A program made the translations under genes and the position numbers. From NCBI GenBank assembly GCA_021836035.1, contig JAKBJL010000004.1, positions 67,841 to 131,840 of the forward strand: DNA of 64,000 nt. The letters run 5' to 3'. Numbering within the stretch: position 1 is the first letter of the stretch; the number at the start of each line of letters is the position of its first letter. Shown here in pieces: positions 10,114 to 21,275 of the stretch. Below the pieces are notes generated by a model, which ran no database searches, was not told where the DNA came from, and saw nothing but the letters and a program-made list of their open reading frames with translations. The DNA is from a bacterium. Its GTDB lineage: Bacteria > Patescibacteriota > Microgenomatia > JAMCZE01.

Positions 10114-12129
10114 ATGTTTCAGCTTAAATCCGATTATCAACCATCTGGTGACCAGCCTCAGGCAATTGAGAAATTAACGCGGGGGATAAAAAGGGGTTTT
10201 CCCCATCAGGTGCTGCTGGGAGTAACCGGTAGCGGTAAAACTTTTACTATGGCTAATGTTATCCAGGCAGTGCAAAAACCAACCTTGGTTATTTCCCATA
10301 ACAAGACCTTAGCTGCTCAGCTTTACCAGGAATTTAAGGAATATTTCCCGGGAAACGCCGTTTCCTACTTTGTTTCCTATTACGATTTTTACCAACCGGA
10401 GGCCTACATTCCCCAAACTGATACCTATATCGAAAAAGAAACGGAGATCAATGAAGAAATTGATAAATTGCGCTTGCAAACGACCAGCAATCTGCTTACC
10501 CGCCGGGATGTAGTTGTCGTGGCTTCCGTTTCCTGTATTTATAACATCGGTAACCCCGAAGAGTATGGTAACGCCGTTCTTCCCCTTTCTTTAGAAATGC
10601 AAAGTTTAAACCGACGGGAAATTTTGGAAAAGTTGACCGACCTGCAATACCTCCGTAGCGATTACGGTTTTCACCGGGGAACTTTTCGCGTCAAGGGCGA
10701 GATTATTGATATTTTTCCTTCTTATGACGATTATGCCGTGAGAATTGAACTTCTGGGAGAGAAGATCGGGCGCTTGTCTAGGATTGATCCCCTCGTGGGT
10801 ACCCTGATTACGTCTATGGATAAATATACGGTCTATCCGGCCAAGCACTTTATGACTGATCCTAAGAAATATCGGGAAATTTTTGCCCGAATTAGAAAAG
10901 ATACCCAAGAGAGAACGAAAGAGTTGAAGGATGAGGGAAAAGAGTTTGAAGCTAGAAGGCTGGAAAGCCGCGTTCGCTATGATTTGGAAATGATCGGGGA
11001 AATAGGTTATGTTAACGGCATTGAAAATTACAGCCGTTATTTTGACGGCAGAAATCCCGGAGATCCCCCTTACTCCCTGCTGAATTATTTTCCCAAAGAT
11101 TATCTTTTGATTATTGATGAGTCGCATATGACTATTCCCCAAATTAGGGGTATGTATAATGGAGACCGCAGCCGCAAAAAGACGTTGATCGATTATGGTT
11201 TCAGGCTTCCGGCAGCTTTAGATAACCGTCCCTTAAAGTTTGAGGAATTTCAGAGAAGAATGGGACGGACGATTTATACCAGTGCGACTCCGGATGAATG
11301 GGAAAAATCAATATCCGCCGGTCATATTGTGGAACAATTGATTCGTCCGACAGGCATTATCGATCCGGAAATAGAAGTGAGGCCTACCGAAGGACAAATC
11401 CCAGATTTGATTAAGGAAATTTCGCAAAGAATCCAAAAACGGCAAAGAGTGTTGGTGACAACCCTAACCAAGCGCATGGCGGAAGAATTAACGGATTACC
11501 TAAAAGAAAACGCACCGGGAGTAAAAGTGGCCTATTTACATAGCGATATCCAGACGCTCCAAAGAACTGCCATTCTTAAATCTCTCAGGCAGGGCGAATA
11601 TGATGTTTTAGTAGGAATAAATTTGCTCCGGGAGGGCTTAGATCTGCCTGAAGTTTCTTTAGTCGCGATACTTGATGCGGACAAGGAAGGATTTCTCCGG
11701 TCTGAAGTTTCGTTGATCCAAACCATGGGCCGGGGTGCCCGCAATGTTGATTCTTTGGTAATTATGTATGCAGATAACGTTACCGGTTCCATGGAACGGG
11801 CAATTGCTGAAGTTCGGCGTCGTCGCCTAATTCAGTTAGATTTTAACCGCAAAAACAAAATTACTCCCCAAACCATCATTAAACCGCTGAGAGAAACTTT
11901 AGCTGATCTTTGGGTGGACAAAGATGCACCGGGATATAAATCTTCTGCAAATAAATATTTCCTGGTATTGGAAGAAGAATTGGATAATATGGATATCGAC
12001 CAGCTTTTACCGGAAGAAAAAGAAAAGCTGAAGAAGGTATTAAATAGGCGGATGAAAGAAGCGGCTAAGATCCTGGATTTTGAGGGAGCAGCTTTTTACC
12101 GGGATAGGGCTAAAAAATTGGAAGACTAA
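10114..12129 (+). CDS. uvrB: Excinuclease ABC subunit B
   Basis: GVTGSGKT, YYDFYQPEAY, DESH, LREGLDLPEV. Start placed at ATG 10114, just after TAAAAT. Confidence 0.97.
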   Translation: MFQLKSDYQPSGDQPQAIEKLTRGIKRGFPHQVLLGVTGSGKTFTMANVIQAVQKPTLVISHNKTLAAQLYQEFKEYFPGNAVSYFVSYYDFYQPEAYIPQTDTYIEKETEINEEIDKLRLQTTSNLLTRRDVVVVASVSCIYNIGNPEEYGNAVLPLSLEMQSLNRREILEKLTDLQYLRSDYGFHRGTFRVKGEIIDIFPSYDDYAVRIELLGEKIGRLSRIDPLVGTLITSMDKYTVYPAKHFMTDPKKYREIFARIRKDTQERTKELKDEGKEFEARRLESRVRYDLEMIGEIGYVNGIENYSRYFDGRNPGDPPYSLLNYFPKDYLLIIDESHMTIPQIRGMYNGDRSRKKTLIDYGFRLPAALDNRPLKFEEFQRRMGRTIYTSATPDEWEKSISAGHIVEQLIRPTGIIDPEIEVRPTEGQIPDLIKEISQRIQKRQRVLVTTLTKRMAEELTDYLKENAPGVKVAYLHSDIQTLQRTAILKSLRQGEYDVLVGINLLREGLDLPEVSLVAILDADKEGFLRSEVSLIQTMGRGARNVDSLVIMYADNVTGSMERAIAEVRRRRLIQLDFNRKNKITPQTIIKPLRETLADLWVDKDAPGYKSSANKYFLVLEEELDNMDIDQLLPEEKEKLKKVLNRRMKEAAKILDFEGAAFYRDRAKKLED

Positions 12130-12242
12130 GAAAGTTAAACTTAAGATATGTGTTAAAATCCACCTGGCTCGCCTTGGGCGGGTCTAGCCCGCTAGGGATT
12201 TGTTTGTATGTCTTTTTAATTTATTAAGATTATTAAGAGAAA

Positions 12243-15164
12243 ATGGTCGATTCCATTATTATTAAGGGTGCCCGGGAGCACAATTTAAAAAATATTGATA
12301 TTGAAATCCCCAAAAATAAACTGGTGGTATTTACCGGGGTGTCAGGAAGCGGGAAAAGTTCCCTGGCTTTCGATACGATCTATGCAGAAGGACAGCGCCG
12401 TTATGTCGAGTCCTTATCCAGTTATGCGCGGCAATTTTTAGGGGTAATGGATAAACCGGATTTGGATTATATCGAAGGCCTTTCTCCGGCTATCTCTATT
12501 GATCAAAAATCCACCTCCCATAATCCCCGTTCTACCGTAGGAACGATTACGGAAATTTATGACTATTTAAGATTGCTGTACGCCCGGGTTGGTCATCCCC
12601 ATTGTCCTAACTGCGGTCGGGAAATTGCCCATCTTTCCCCCGAACAAATCCTGGAAAGTATTCTTATTCTGGTAAAAAACTCAGCAGAAGGGAAAAAACC
12701 AGTGCGTTTAATCGTTTTAGCTCCGGTGGTCAAAGGGCGTAAGGGTGAGTATACCCAGCTTTTTAACAGCTTGCGCGCTAAAGGCATAAACAGGGTCAGA
12801 ATCGACGGCAAGGTGATCGCTTTAGATGAAGACTTGGTGTTAATCAAAACCAATAAGCACAATATTGAAGCGGTTGTTGACAGGATAAGCGTAGATTCTA
12901 AAAAGCCGGACATTTTAAGAATAAGGGAGTCCCTGGAAACAGCTTTGAAATTATCAGGTGGAGAATTGATAATCGGTCTCGTTTGTGATGCCAGCCTGGA
13001 GTTTCCGGAGAAACCGCAACAAATTACTGACCATTTATTTTCCGAAAGGTTTGCCTGTCCGTTTTGTAATCTCAGCTTCCCGGAAATTGAACCGCGCATC
13101 TTTTCCTTTAATTCCCCGCAGGGGGCTTGTCCGAAATGTACCGGTTTAGGATTTCTGCTTAAAATTGACGAAAAATTAGTGGTTAATCCTGAATTAACGA
13201 TTATGGAAGGCGGAATTTTACCGCTGGGCAGTGAAGTGGAACACGATACTTGGTTTATGCGGATGATCAGAGCGGTAGCCGATGCTTATCATTTTTCGGT
13301 CAGTAAGCCTATTCGGGAATTAACCCGGGAGCATTTAAACCTCATTTTATACGGAACGGGCGAAAGGGAGATCTATGTCCAGGGAACCAACCGACAGGGA
13401 CATATGACTGGCTTCTCTGAGAAGTTTGAAGGCGTAATTCCCCGGCTAGAAAGACTTTACCAGGAAACCGAATCGGAATGGCGACGTTTCGATATCGAAA
13501 AATATATGCGCAGCGACGTATGTCCGGTTTGCCGGGGAACCCGTCTAAAATCAGAGGCCTTGGGAGTAACGGTTAACGATAAAAATATTTACGAAATTAC
13601 GACTATCAGCATCCGAGAAACTTTGACATTTATCGATAAAATTATCACGGGGGATATTCTTAATAGCCGGGAAAAAACAATCGCCCAACCAATTACCAAA
13701 GAATTAAAATCGCGCTTAAAATTTCTTCTGGATGTCGGCTTGGATTATCTTTCGCTCTCCCGGCGGGCTGGAACGTTAGCGGGGGGAGAGGCCCAAAGAA
13801 TCAGGCTAGCGAGTCAAATCGGTTCCGGTTTGTCCGGAGTACTATATGTTCTGGATGAACCCTCGATAGGTTTGCACCAAAGGGATAATAATCGCCTGAT
13901 AACGACCCTAAAATATTTGCGCGACCTGGGAAACAGCGTGATTGTAGTAGAGCACGATCGGGAGATGATGGAAGAAGCAGATTATATTTTTGACTTTGGA
14001 CCCGGCGCAGGTGAACACGGCGGGAAAATTATTGCCGCGGGAACTGTCACGGAAATTAAAAATAATCCGCATTCTTTAACCGGGCAATATCTTTCCCAAA
14101 AGAAAAAGATCGAAATGCAAAAGACGTTGCAGGAAAATTTACCGGCAGTAAAACCCAACGGGCAGGAGAAAAATTTAGTTTTATTAGGTGTAAAGGAACA
14201 CAATTTAAAAAATATTACCGTAGAATTTCCCTTGGGAAAGTTCATTGTCGTAACCGGGGTTTCGGGGAGCGGTAAATCAACCTTGGTTCATGATGTCTTA
14301 TATCAGGCCTTAGCCCGGGAATATTATCCCTGGCATAAAGAACAACCGGGAAAGTTCGAAGGATTGGTTGGCGCGGAAAATTTGGATAAAGTAATCCTGA
14401 TCGATCAATCTCCTATCGGGCGGACGCCGCGTTCTAATCCCGCTACCTATACCGGGGCATTTACCCATATCCGGGAATTATATGCTTTAACCCGTGAAGC
14501 CCGTGTTAGGGGTTATTCCCCGGGAAGATTTAGTTTTAATGTTAAAGGAGGCCGGTGTGAAGCTTGCCAGGGAGAAGGACAGATAAAAATTGAAATGCAG
14601 TTTTTACCGGATGTTTATGTGGATTGCGAAGTCTGCCAAGGAAGAAGATATAACCATGAAGCCTTAGAAATTCTTTATAAAGATAAAAATATCGCCGAAG
14701 TTTTGGAAATGACTATTGAAGAAGCGTTGGCATTTTTCGGAAACATTCCCCAACTACGTGCCAAACTGGAAACTATTGCCGATGTGGGCTTGGGATATAT
14801 ACACTTGGGCCAGCCGGCTCCGACCTTATCCGGCGGGGAAGCTCAGCGGGTGAAATTAGCCACCGAGTTGTCTAAAAGAGCCACAGGTAAAACGGTTTAT
14901 ATTTTAGATGAGCCCACTACCGGTTTACATTTTGCCGATTTGGAAAAATTACTCTGGGTTTTAAAAAGGTTGGTTATTGCTGGTAATACGGTAATTGTTA
15001 TTGAACACAATCTTGATGTTATTAAAAACGCAGATTATATTATTGATTTGGGTCCGGAAGGTGGGGAAGGCGGAGGTTTCGTTGTCGCCCGCGGTACCCC
15101 GTACGAAATTGCCCGCCAGAAAAATTCTTTTACCGGCCAATTCCTGAAACCGGTCTTGGATTAG
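12243..15164 (+). CDS. uvrA: Excinuclease ABC subunit A
   Basis: Two ABC ATPase modules (GVSGSGKS twice, LAGGE/LSGGE signatures) with zinc fingers. Confidence 0.97.
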   Translation: MVDSIIIKGAREHNLKNIDIEIPKNKLVVFTGVSGSGKSSLAFDTIYAEGQRRYVESLSSYARQFLGVMDKPDLDYIEGLSPAISIDQKSTSHNPRSTVGTITEIYDYLRLLYARVGHPHCPNCGREIAHLSPEQILESILILVKNSAEGKKPVRLIVLAPVVKGRKGEYTQLFNSLRAKGINRVRIDGKVIALDEDLVLIKTNKHNIEAVVDRISVDSKKPDILRIRESLETALKLSGGELIIGLVCDASLEFPEKPQQITDHLFSERFACPFCNLSFPEIEPRIFSFNSPQGACPKCTGLGFLLKIDEKLVVNPELTIMEGGILPLGSEVEHDTWFMRMIRAVADAYHFSVSKPIRELTREHLNLILYGTGEREIYVQGTNRQGHMTGFSEKFEGVIPRLERLYQETESEWRRFDIEKYMRSDVCPVCRGTRLKSEALGVTVNDKNIYEITTISIRETLTFIDKIITGDILNSREKTIAQPITKELKSRLKFLLDVGLDYLSLSRRAGTLAGGEAQRIRLASQIGSGLSGVLYVLDEPSIGLHQRDNNRLITTLKYLRDLGNSVIVVEHDREMMEEADYIFDFGPGAGEHGGKIIAAGTVTEIKNNPHSLTGQYLSQKKKIEMQKTLQENLPAVKPNGQEKNLVLLGVKEHNLKNITVEFPLGKFIVVTGVSGSGKSTLVHDVLYQALAREYYPWHKEQPGKFEGLVGAENLDKVILIDQSPIGRTPRSNPATYTGAFTHIRELYALTREARVRGYSPGRFSFNVKGGRCEACQGEGQIKIEMQFLPDVYVDCEVCQGRRYNHEALEILYKDKNIAEVLEMTIEEALAFFGNIPQLRAKLETIADVGLGYIHLGQPAPTLSGGEAQRVKLATELSKRATGKTVYILDEPTTGLHFADLEKLLWVLKRLVIAGNTVIVIEHNLDVIKNADYIIDLGPEGGEGGGFVVARGTPYEIARQKNSFTGQFLKPVLD

Positions 15165-15187
15165 CTTTCTGCTAAACTATTGGTATT

Positions 15188-17026
15188 GTGCGGAAAATTT
15201 TTATTTTAGGCTATTTTCTACCCGTTTTCTTCTTGTTATTTCCTTTTCCCGTAAGAGCAGAAGAAAGTAATAAATTTCGCGTTTCTTATGAACTTTTTTA
15301 CGAGGTCGGAGAAAATGGCCTTACAAAAGTTATCCAAAACGCTCGCCTGACCAATCTGACCTCACAGTATTATGCTAATGAATATATAAACCGGATCGGC
15401 AATTCGCAGATAACGGACCTTCGGGCTTTTGATAAATTCGGGGATTTACCTATCGAAACAAAATTGACAGACGGAGAGGAAGAAATTCATATTCGCTTCC
15501 GGGATAAAGTGGTGGGTTTGGGTAATTCTTTGGATTGGTCGCTTACATACCAAACTAGCGAGATCGCGGTTCAACACGGCCGCGTTTGGCAAATTAATAT
15601 TCCTCGTCCCATCAGCCTGAAGAATGTTGCCGATTATCAGGTAAATTTAAAAGTGCCCCAGTCTTTTGGGACGGCTGTCTATTTAAAACCTCAGCCGGAA
15701 AAAACTGAGGAACATTCCTATATTTGGGACAAAAGCTCGATTGTGTCTTCCGGAATTTCTGCTGCTTTCGGGGAATATCAAATTTATGATTTTTCCCTAC
15801 AGTATCATTTAAAAAATCTGGAGTTTTATCCCCAAACAGCTATAGTGGCTTTACCTCCGGATACCGATTATCAAAAAATCAGGTTGGACAAGATCTATCC
15901 TTCTCCGGCAAAAGTAACCCTTGACCCTGACGGCAATTGGCTGGCGTCTTTTCCCCTATCCCCGCGGGAACAATTAGTAGCTTACGCCAGCGGATCAGCA
16001 TTAGTCTATCCCCGGCCGCAATTTACTGAAGCCGCCGATAAACTTGATAAAACCTCCCTTCTAATGGCCCAAAAATACTGGGAAGTGGACAATCCCGAAA
16101 TCAGCAAGTTGTCAAGTAAACTGGGGAGTGTCGAAAATATCTTTCATTATGTTGTAGACAACCTGCATTACAATACAGCTAAAACCGACCAAAACCAACC
16201 GCGCTTGGGTGCAGTAAAAGTTTTAGAAAATCCCCGGGAAGCGATTTGCATGGAATTCACGGATTTATTTATCGCTCTGACGAGATCCCTGGGAGTACCT
16301 GCCAGAGAAATTGACGGTTTTGCTTATACACAGGATAAAAAGCGGCAACCCGTTTCTCTCCGGCGGGATATTCTACATGCCTGGCCGGAATATTTTGATT
16401 CTCAAACCTCTTCCTGGATAATGGTAGATCCCACCTGGGAAAATACCACCGGGGGGATCGATTATTTTCGGGAGATGGATGTCGATCACCTGGCGCTAGC
16501 CATTCACGGATTTAGCAGCACCCTGCCTTTACCGGCCGGAGAATATAAATTAAAAGAGAGTGATCAGGATATAAATATCGGCTTTAATAAGCAATTGTCC
16601 GCAGAAGATTTTCAACCGGGTAAAGAAGATCTTATTTTGAAATTTGTTCTTCCGGAAAATAATATTTCCGGAAAAAAAGTTAACGGTAAAATTCTCATTA
16701 GGAATACCGGTCCCCTATTGGTTGTGCGTTCGGTGTTAATCGTAAAATCCGATTTTTTGCCGCATAACTCCTCATTTTCTTTTGGAGCTTTACCTCCGGG
16801 CGGAGAAACCAGTGTGGATATCAGCATATCGCCGCTCCCTCTCAATTTTCGCGGAGAAGGTATAATAACGGCAAAAGTTGGAAACAGCCGGATTTCGCAA
16901 AAATTAATTTTTAAACCCTTTTATGTCCAGAAGGCTTTCCTTTTTGCTCTCGCGCTTATCCTCGGTATCCCCGGAGGATTATTCCTTATTGCCCATAAGT
17001 TCCGGCGTTTATTTTTTTCTCAATAA
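15188..17026 (+). CDS. Membrane-anchored transglutaminase-like (Cys-His-Asp) protein
   Basis: Signal peptide, AICMEFTDLF, HAWPEY, VDPTW, and a C-terminal TM helix. Confidence 0.85.
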   Translation: MRKIFILGYFLPVFFLLFPFPVRAEESNKFRVSYELFYEVGENGLTKVIQNARLTNLTSQYYANEYINRIGNSQITDLRAFDKFGDLPIETKLTDGEEEIHIRFRDKVVGLGNSLDWSLTYQTSEIAVQHGRVWQINIPRPISLKNVADYQVNLKVPQSFGTAVYLKPQPEKTEEHSYIWDKSSIVSSGISAAFGEYQIYDFSLQYHLKNLEFYPQTAIVALPPDTDYQKIRLDKIYPSPAKVTLDPDGNWLASFPLSPREQLVAYASGSALVYPRPQFTEAADKLDKTSLLMAQKYWEVDNPEISKLSSKLGSVENIFHYVVDNLHYNTAKTDQNQPRLGAVKVLENPREAICMEFTDLFIALTRSLGVPAREIDGFAYTQDKKRQPVSLRRDILHAWPEYFDSQTSSWIMVDPTWENTTGGIDYFREMDVDHLALAIHGFSSTLPLPAGEYKLKESDQDINIGFNKQLSAEDFQPGKEDLILKFVLPENNISGKKVNGKILIRNTGPLLVVRSVLIVKSDFLPHNSSFSFGALPPGGETSVDISISPLPLNFRGEGIITAKVGNSRISQKLIFKPFYVQKAFLFALALILGIPGGLFLIAHKFRRLFFSQ

Positions 17027-18236
17027 AAGGAGGGAGCTATTATATATTGGTAAAGCTAAGTCATTAGCGGAACGGGTTAGTAGTTATTTTCGGGTAGTTA
17101 ATCGAGAACAGCTTCTCCCCCGAACCCGTATCCTCGTTTCTCAGGTTAAGGAAATATTTTACTTACCGGTGGCTTCGGAAGTTGATGCCCTGCTTTTAGA
17201 AGCAAATTTTATCCGAAAGTTTGCCCCCAAATATAATGTCAGCCTGAAGGACGGTAAAAATTATCCCCTAATAGAAATTACTGTAAAAGAAGCTGTACCC
17301 ATGGTTAAGATTGTCCGTCGAGAAGAAAATCCCCGGGCTTTATACTTCGGTCCTTACCCGACGGGTAGCGACATTCGGAGTTTGTTACGATTTCTTCGGC
17401 GCCTCTTTCCTTTTATTTCCGAATATCATTATTCTCAAAAGACCTGCCTGCGTTCCCATTTGGGCCTTTGTCCTTGCCCTCGGGTTTTTAATGATAATAA
17501 AGCCCGTCAAAATTACCGACAGGATATAAACAATCTTATGGATTTTCTTTCCGGCAGGCGGGAGACCGTCCAAAAGCGTCTGCGTCAGGAAATGAATTTG
17601 GCAGCAAAAGATCAGCTTTTTGAGGAGGCGGAGAAAATTAAATGGAAACTCTCCCAAATTAATTTTCTTACCTCGGAAGTACATTCTCCCTGGGACTATG
17701 AATCCAATCCCAATCTTCTGGCTGACTCCCGGGAGAGGGAAATAAAGGGAATTTGTGAGGTTATTCCCGGCGTTAAATATATACCTGATTTCCGTTTGGA
17801 ATGCTATGATATCGCTCATCTTTCCGGAAAGTTGACTACCGGTTCCATGGTAGTTTCCGTCAACGGGGAATTAGAAAACCGTTTATATCGCCATTTCCGC
17901 ATGAAGGTAAATAATGCTGATGATTTTGCGGCGATCACGGAAGTTTTGCAACGCCGCCTGGGCCATCCAGAATGGCCCTTTCCCGACCTAATTATTATTG
18001 ACGGCGGTGCCGGGCAGGTAACGACGGCTGTTAAAGCAGTGCGGGCTTCCAATTTAAACATCCCGGTTATCGGCTTGGCTAAAAGAGCGGAAGAAATTTT
18101 CCGACAAGACGGCCAGATTGTGCGCTTGGACCGCAAGGATCCTGCTTTAAAGCAAATCCAAAGGTTGCGTGACGAAGCTCATCGTTTCAGCAGGCGTTAC
18201 CATTTTCTTTTAAGAAAACGGTCTATGCTAAAATAA
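16923..18236 (+). CDS. uvrC: Excinuclease ABC subunit C (short form without the C-terminal HhH)
   Basis: GIY-YIG domain (SGVYFF...LYIGKAKSL), UVR domain, RNase H-like ECYDIAH, IIDGG, RDEAHRF. Confidence 0.9.
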   Translation: MSRRLSFLLSRLSSVSPEDYSLLPISSGVYFFLNKRRELLYIGKAKSLAERVSSYFRVVNREQLLPRTRILVSQVKEIFYLPVASEVDALLLEANFIRKFAPKYNVSLKDGKNYPLIEITVKEAVPMVKIVRREENPRALYFGPYPTGSDIRSLLRFLRRLFPFISEYHYSQKTCLRSHLGLCPCPRVFNDNKARQNYRQDINNLMDFLSGRRETVQKRLRQEMNLAAKDQLFEEAEKIKWKLSQINFLTSEVHSPWDYESNPNLLADSREREIKGICEVIPGVKYIPDFRLECYDIAHLSGKLTTGSMVVSVNGELENRLYRHFRMKVNNADDFAAITEVLQRRLGHPEWPFPDLIIIDGGAGQVTTAVKAVRASNLNIPVIGLAKRAEEIFRQDGQIVRLDRKDPALKQIQRLRDEAHRFSRRYHFLLRKRSMLK

Positions 18237-18250
18237 TATGAGAGCCTTTT

Positions 18251-18652
18251 GTGAAGAAATTAATCCGCAATTATCTGATTAATCTCGGTGCTCTTTTAAT
18301 CGTCAGCCGTTATATTACCGGTTTCCATATTGCTCCCGGTTGGCAGTCATTTTTGCTGGTGGGTTTAGGTTTTACTTTAATCCATATGTTTATCAAGCCG
18401 TTTCTAAATATGCTGACAGGTCCTTTAAGTTTCCTGACTTTCGGTCTGATCGGCATAGCTATCGATGCGGCCATTCTTTATGCCTTAACTCTCTTTTTCC
18501 CCCAAGTCTGGATATCTACCTGGAACTTTCCGGGTTTAGACAGCGCCGGGTTAATAATTGCACCGCGGATATTGGGGATAATTGAAGTCACGGTTATTTC
18601 CGCGATAGCCCTTAACATTTTGCGAAGTAGTATAATCCTTCTATGCGATTAG
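18251..18652 (+). CDS. YvlD/phage holin 4_2-like membrane protein
   Basis: Hydrophobic 133 aa with the IKPFLNMLTGPLSFLTFGL motif. Confidence 0.75.
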   Translation: MKKLIRNYLINLGALLIVSRYITGFHIAPGWQSFLLVGLGFTLIHMFIKPFLNMLTGPLSFLTFGLIGIAIDAAILYALTLFFPQVWISTWNFPGLDSAGLIIAPRILGIIEVTVISAIALNILRSSIILLCD

Positions 18653-18861
18653 CGATTACGATCTTACAATTAGTTATTTCTTTATTGCTTATCGCTGCTA
18701 TTCTTGTCCAGGCTAAAGGTACTGGCTTGGGATCAGCGTGGGGCGGTACCGGGGAGTTTTACCAAAGCAAGCGCGGGGTGGAAAAAATAATTTTTAACTC
18801 TACCATCTTTTTAGTAGTCCTGTTTTTCCTCATCTCTCTGGTCGCCATAATAGTGAAATAA
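18643..18861 (+). CDS. secG: Preprotein translocase subunit SecG
   Basis: Two TM helices with LVQAKGTGLGSAWGG...RGVEK. Confidence 0.93.
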   Translation: MRLAITILQLVISLLLIAAILVQAKGTGLGSAWGGTGEFYQSKRGVEKIIFNSTIFLVVLFFLISLVAIIVK

Positions 18862-20132
18862 TGTTGCGCCATTTTCTCAATCTTTTTCTGGCTTATGTAA
18901 ATGCCAATAAAAAACTCTTTTTGGGGGGTTTACTTCTGGGTTTGTTGGCGGCCAACCTGGTTTATTATCTGAAACCGCGCTTGGAAAATATGCCCTCACG
19001 GAAAATTATCGGTATGGCCGGAAACTATACTCTTGCTACCTTACCCCTCTCGATACAGAAGCAATTAAGTTACGGCATGACGGCCATCGGTCCCGACCAG
19101 ACTGCGACGGGAGCCGCGGCTTCTTCCTGGACATCTACTGATTCCGGTAAAACTTTCTATTTTACTTTGGATAACCGTCTCAAATGGCAGGACGGAAAAT
19201 TACTTACTTCCTACGATATAAATTACAATTTGGCTGATGTTAATATTGAAAGACCGGATAGTACGCACATCAATTTTCTGCTACCCGATTCTTTTGCACC
19301 ATTACCTTCCGTTCTTTCCCAACCGCTTTTCCGGACCGGACTCATCGGTCTGGGAGAATATAAATTAAAAAATTATAAAAATATCGGTCGTTTCCTGCAA
19401 TCTATCTTGATCGGAAATAACCATCAGGAGATACTTTATAAATTTTATCCTACTAAAAAGGCGGTTTTATTAGCTCTCAAATTGGGAGAAATCCAAGAAG
19501 TCGAAGGTATGATTGATCCGCGCGGTAAACCGAATTATCAAGAACAGGCTATTGTCGTCTTAAACCTCAAAGTGAACGGTTTGGCAGATAAATCTTTTCG
19601 GCAGGGTTTAGCCTATGCCCTGCCTACTGATTTTCCCCTGGGGGAACGCAGTAACGGTCCCATCGCCCCAACCTCTTGGGCTTATAATCCTAACCTGAAA
19701 AAATATTATTTTGACCTGGAACAAGCTAAAAAATTATTAAATGCGGATAACGCTTCAAAAAGCGCTTCCCTAATACTGGCCACAAACGAAGAACTGAAAT
19801 CGGTAGCTTACGATATCGCCGCCAACTGGGAGAAGGCGGGGGTTAAAACTAGCATTGAAGTTTCGGAAGTTATTCCGAAGAATTTCCAGGCCTACTTAAC
19901 TTTTATTGATTTGCCGCCAGATCCCGACCAATATCAATTATGGCATTCTACTTTAACGGCTTTCGGCTATAAAAGTCCCAAGGTAGATAAATTACTGGAG
20001 GAAGGAAGGCGCACGATAGATCCCGAAATACGTCGCGGTAAATACCTGGATTTCCAGAAGGCAATCACAGAAGATCTACCTGCTCTTTTCCTCTTTTTCC
20101 CCAAAATCTATTCTTTAACTAGACAAGGATAG
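18861..20132 (+). CDS. ABC transporter substrate-binding protein, family 5 (compact)
   Basis: KWQDGKLLTSYDI, DPDQYQLWHS, VDKLLEEGR; N-terminal TM anchor. Confidence 0.85.
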   Translation: MLRHFLNLFLAYVNANKKLFLGGLLLGLLAANLVYYLKPRLENMPSRKIIGMAGNYTLATLPLSIQKQLSYGMTAIGPDQTATGAAASSWTSTDSGKTFYFTLDNRLKWQDGKLLTSYDINYNLADVNIERPDSTHINFLLPDSFAPLPSVLSQPLFRTGLIGLGEYKLKNYKNIGRFLQSILIGNNHQEILYKFYPTKKAVLLALKLGEIQEVEGMIDPRGKPNYQEQAIVVLNLKVNGLADKSFRQGLAYALPTDFPLGERSNGPIAPTSWAYNPNLKKYYFDLEQAKKLLNADNASKSASLILATNEELKSVAYDIAANWEKAGVKTSIEVSEVIPKNFQAYLTFIDLPPDPDQYQLWHSTLTAFGYKSPKVDKLLEEGRRTIDPEIRRGKYLDFQKAITEDLPALFLFFPKIYSLTRQG

Positions 20133-20183
20133 CAGATTATTAAAATTAGAGCGAAAACTTGCTATAATTCTTTAGTTTAATCT

Positions 20184-20255
20184 GCGGGAGTAGTTCAGCA
20201 GTAGAATGCTTCCTTGCCAAGGAAGAGGTCGCGGGTGCGAATCCCGTCTCCCGCT
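20184..20255 (+). tRNA. tRNA-Gly(GCC)
   Basis: GCGGGAG...CTCCCGC acceptor stem; anticodon loop TTGCCAA; atypical T loop TGCGAAT. Confidence 0.9.
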
Positions 20256-20270
20256 CTTCACACTCGTTTA

Positions 20271-20358
20271 GCCGGGGTGGCGAAACGGTATACGCGCAGG
20301 ACTTAAAATCCTGTTCCGCTCAAACGGAGTGCGGGTTCGAGTCCCGCCCTCGGCACCA
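20271..20358 (+). tRNA. tRNA-Leu(TAA)
   Basis: Long variable arm, anticodon loop CTTAAAA, encoded CCA. Confidence 0.95.
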
Positions 20359-20593
20359 GAGAAGACCAAATGGGTTTCAAACATACGAATAAATCGGTAT
20401 GTTGGGCTAACAGTAGCGATCGTGAACCACGGATATCCCCAAAACCATTCCAAAGGGAATATTAAATAATAAAAGGGCTAGGTTTGGCACAAATTCGACA
20501 GGCCTCCGATAAAAAGGAAAAAGATTCGGGCTGTTTTTTTAAGTCCTTAGAGGAAGACAACCAACACGGCAAACGTTGCTTCGGCAATTGAAT

Positions 20594-21060
20594 TGTCCCG
20601 GACCCCCGTTTACTCTAATGGCCACAAACCGTTTGGCCCAGACGGGGTTCTTTACCAGTAAATTCTTGAGGTTTTAGCCGTTAACCCCGGGTATGGCATT
20701 AGAAGAATTGCCCCGGATCCGGGCCCGGGAAATGGACGAGCCAGACAGGTATAGAAAAAGTACCACCTTAAACACTGCAAAAGCTTGGCCAGATGGCGAA
20801 AAAGACGGAATGAAAGACGGCCACCCCAAGAGTTTGCCAACCTCATCAAAAATAGCCAACCCGCAAGACGGGTCTAGTTTATCTCGGATTTTATCTAACA
20901 GATATATAAAGATAGATACTTGTATTAGGCAACTCTTATGGACCCGTTTACCCGAGAAATTGTAGTCTGGAATGTTTCTGGTAAACAGGCTACCGAACTA
21001 GTCGGTAACGCTTTAATTGATGCCTTAATAACCACGGGCCATCTTCCAAAAACAGTTCCC
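20594..21060 (+). mobile_element. Degraded IS3-family element (transposase remnant)
   Basis: Fragments translate to ILEVLAVNPGYGIRRIA (HTH region) and LY*ATLMDPFTREIVVWNVS...ELVGNALIDAL (rve core). A TG-initiated possible terminal repeat starts at 20594. Confidence 0.7.
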
Positions 21061-21162
21061 TAATCGTTCCTTCTGGCCGGGGGTAGAATACACAAATTTA
21101 GGGTTTGTTAACTTAACAAGTTCACTAAAGTAATTGTATCCCGGCGGTGCCTTAACCCCTCC

Positions 21163-21275
21163 GGGCTAAACCGCTTCATAAAATTCTTATATCCCAGAAA
21201 GCAGAAGAAGTCAACCGGGTCGAAGTATGGCAAAGGAATCCCCTTCTAGGGCACCATCTCGCTCCAGGAGTAGAG
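21163..21275. repeat. 113-bp exact direct repeat, copy 1
   Basis: Identical to 24832-24944 (gggctaaaccgcttcata...ccaggagtagag). Confidence 0.95.

Noticed and set aside
603-14245. Many antisense or alternate-frame ORFs inside typA, dnaE, uvrB, uvrA and others
   Set aside because: They overlap well-supported genes and show no motifs.
20268-20453. 61-aa minus-strand ORF (also 25150-25413)
   Set aside because: These are shadow translations of tRNA-Leu and tRNA-Pro genes.
20693-20965. 90-aa ORF as a real gene
   Set aside because: It lies in a decayed IS3 whose recognisable transposase motifs are in other frames.
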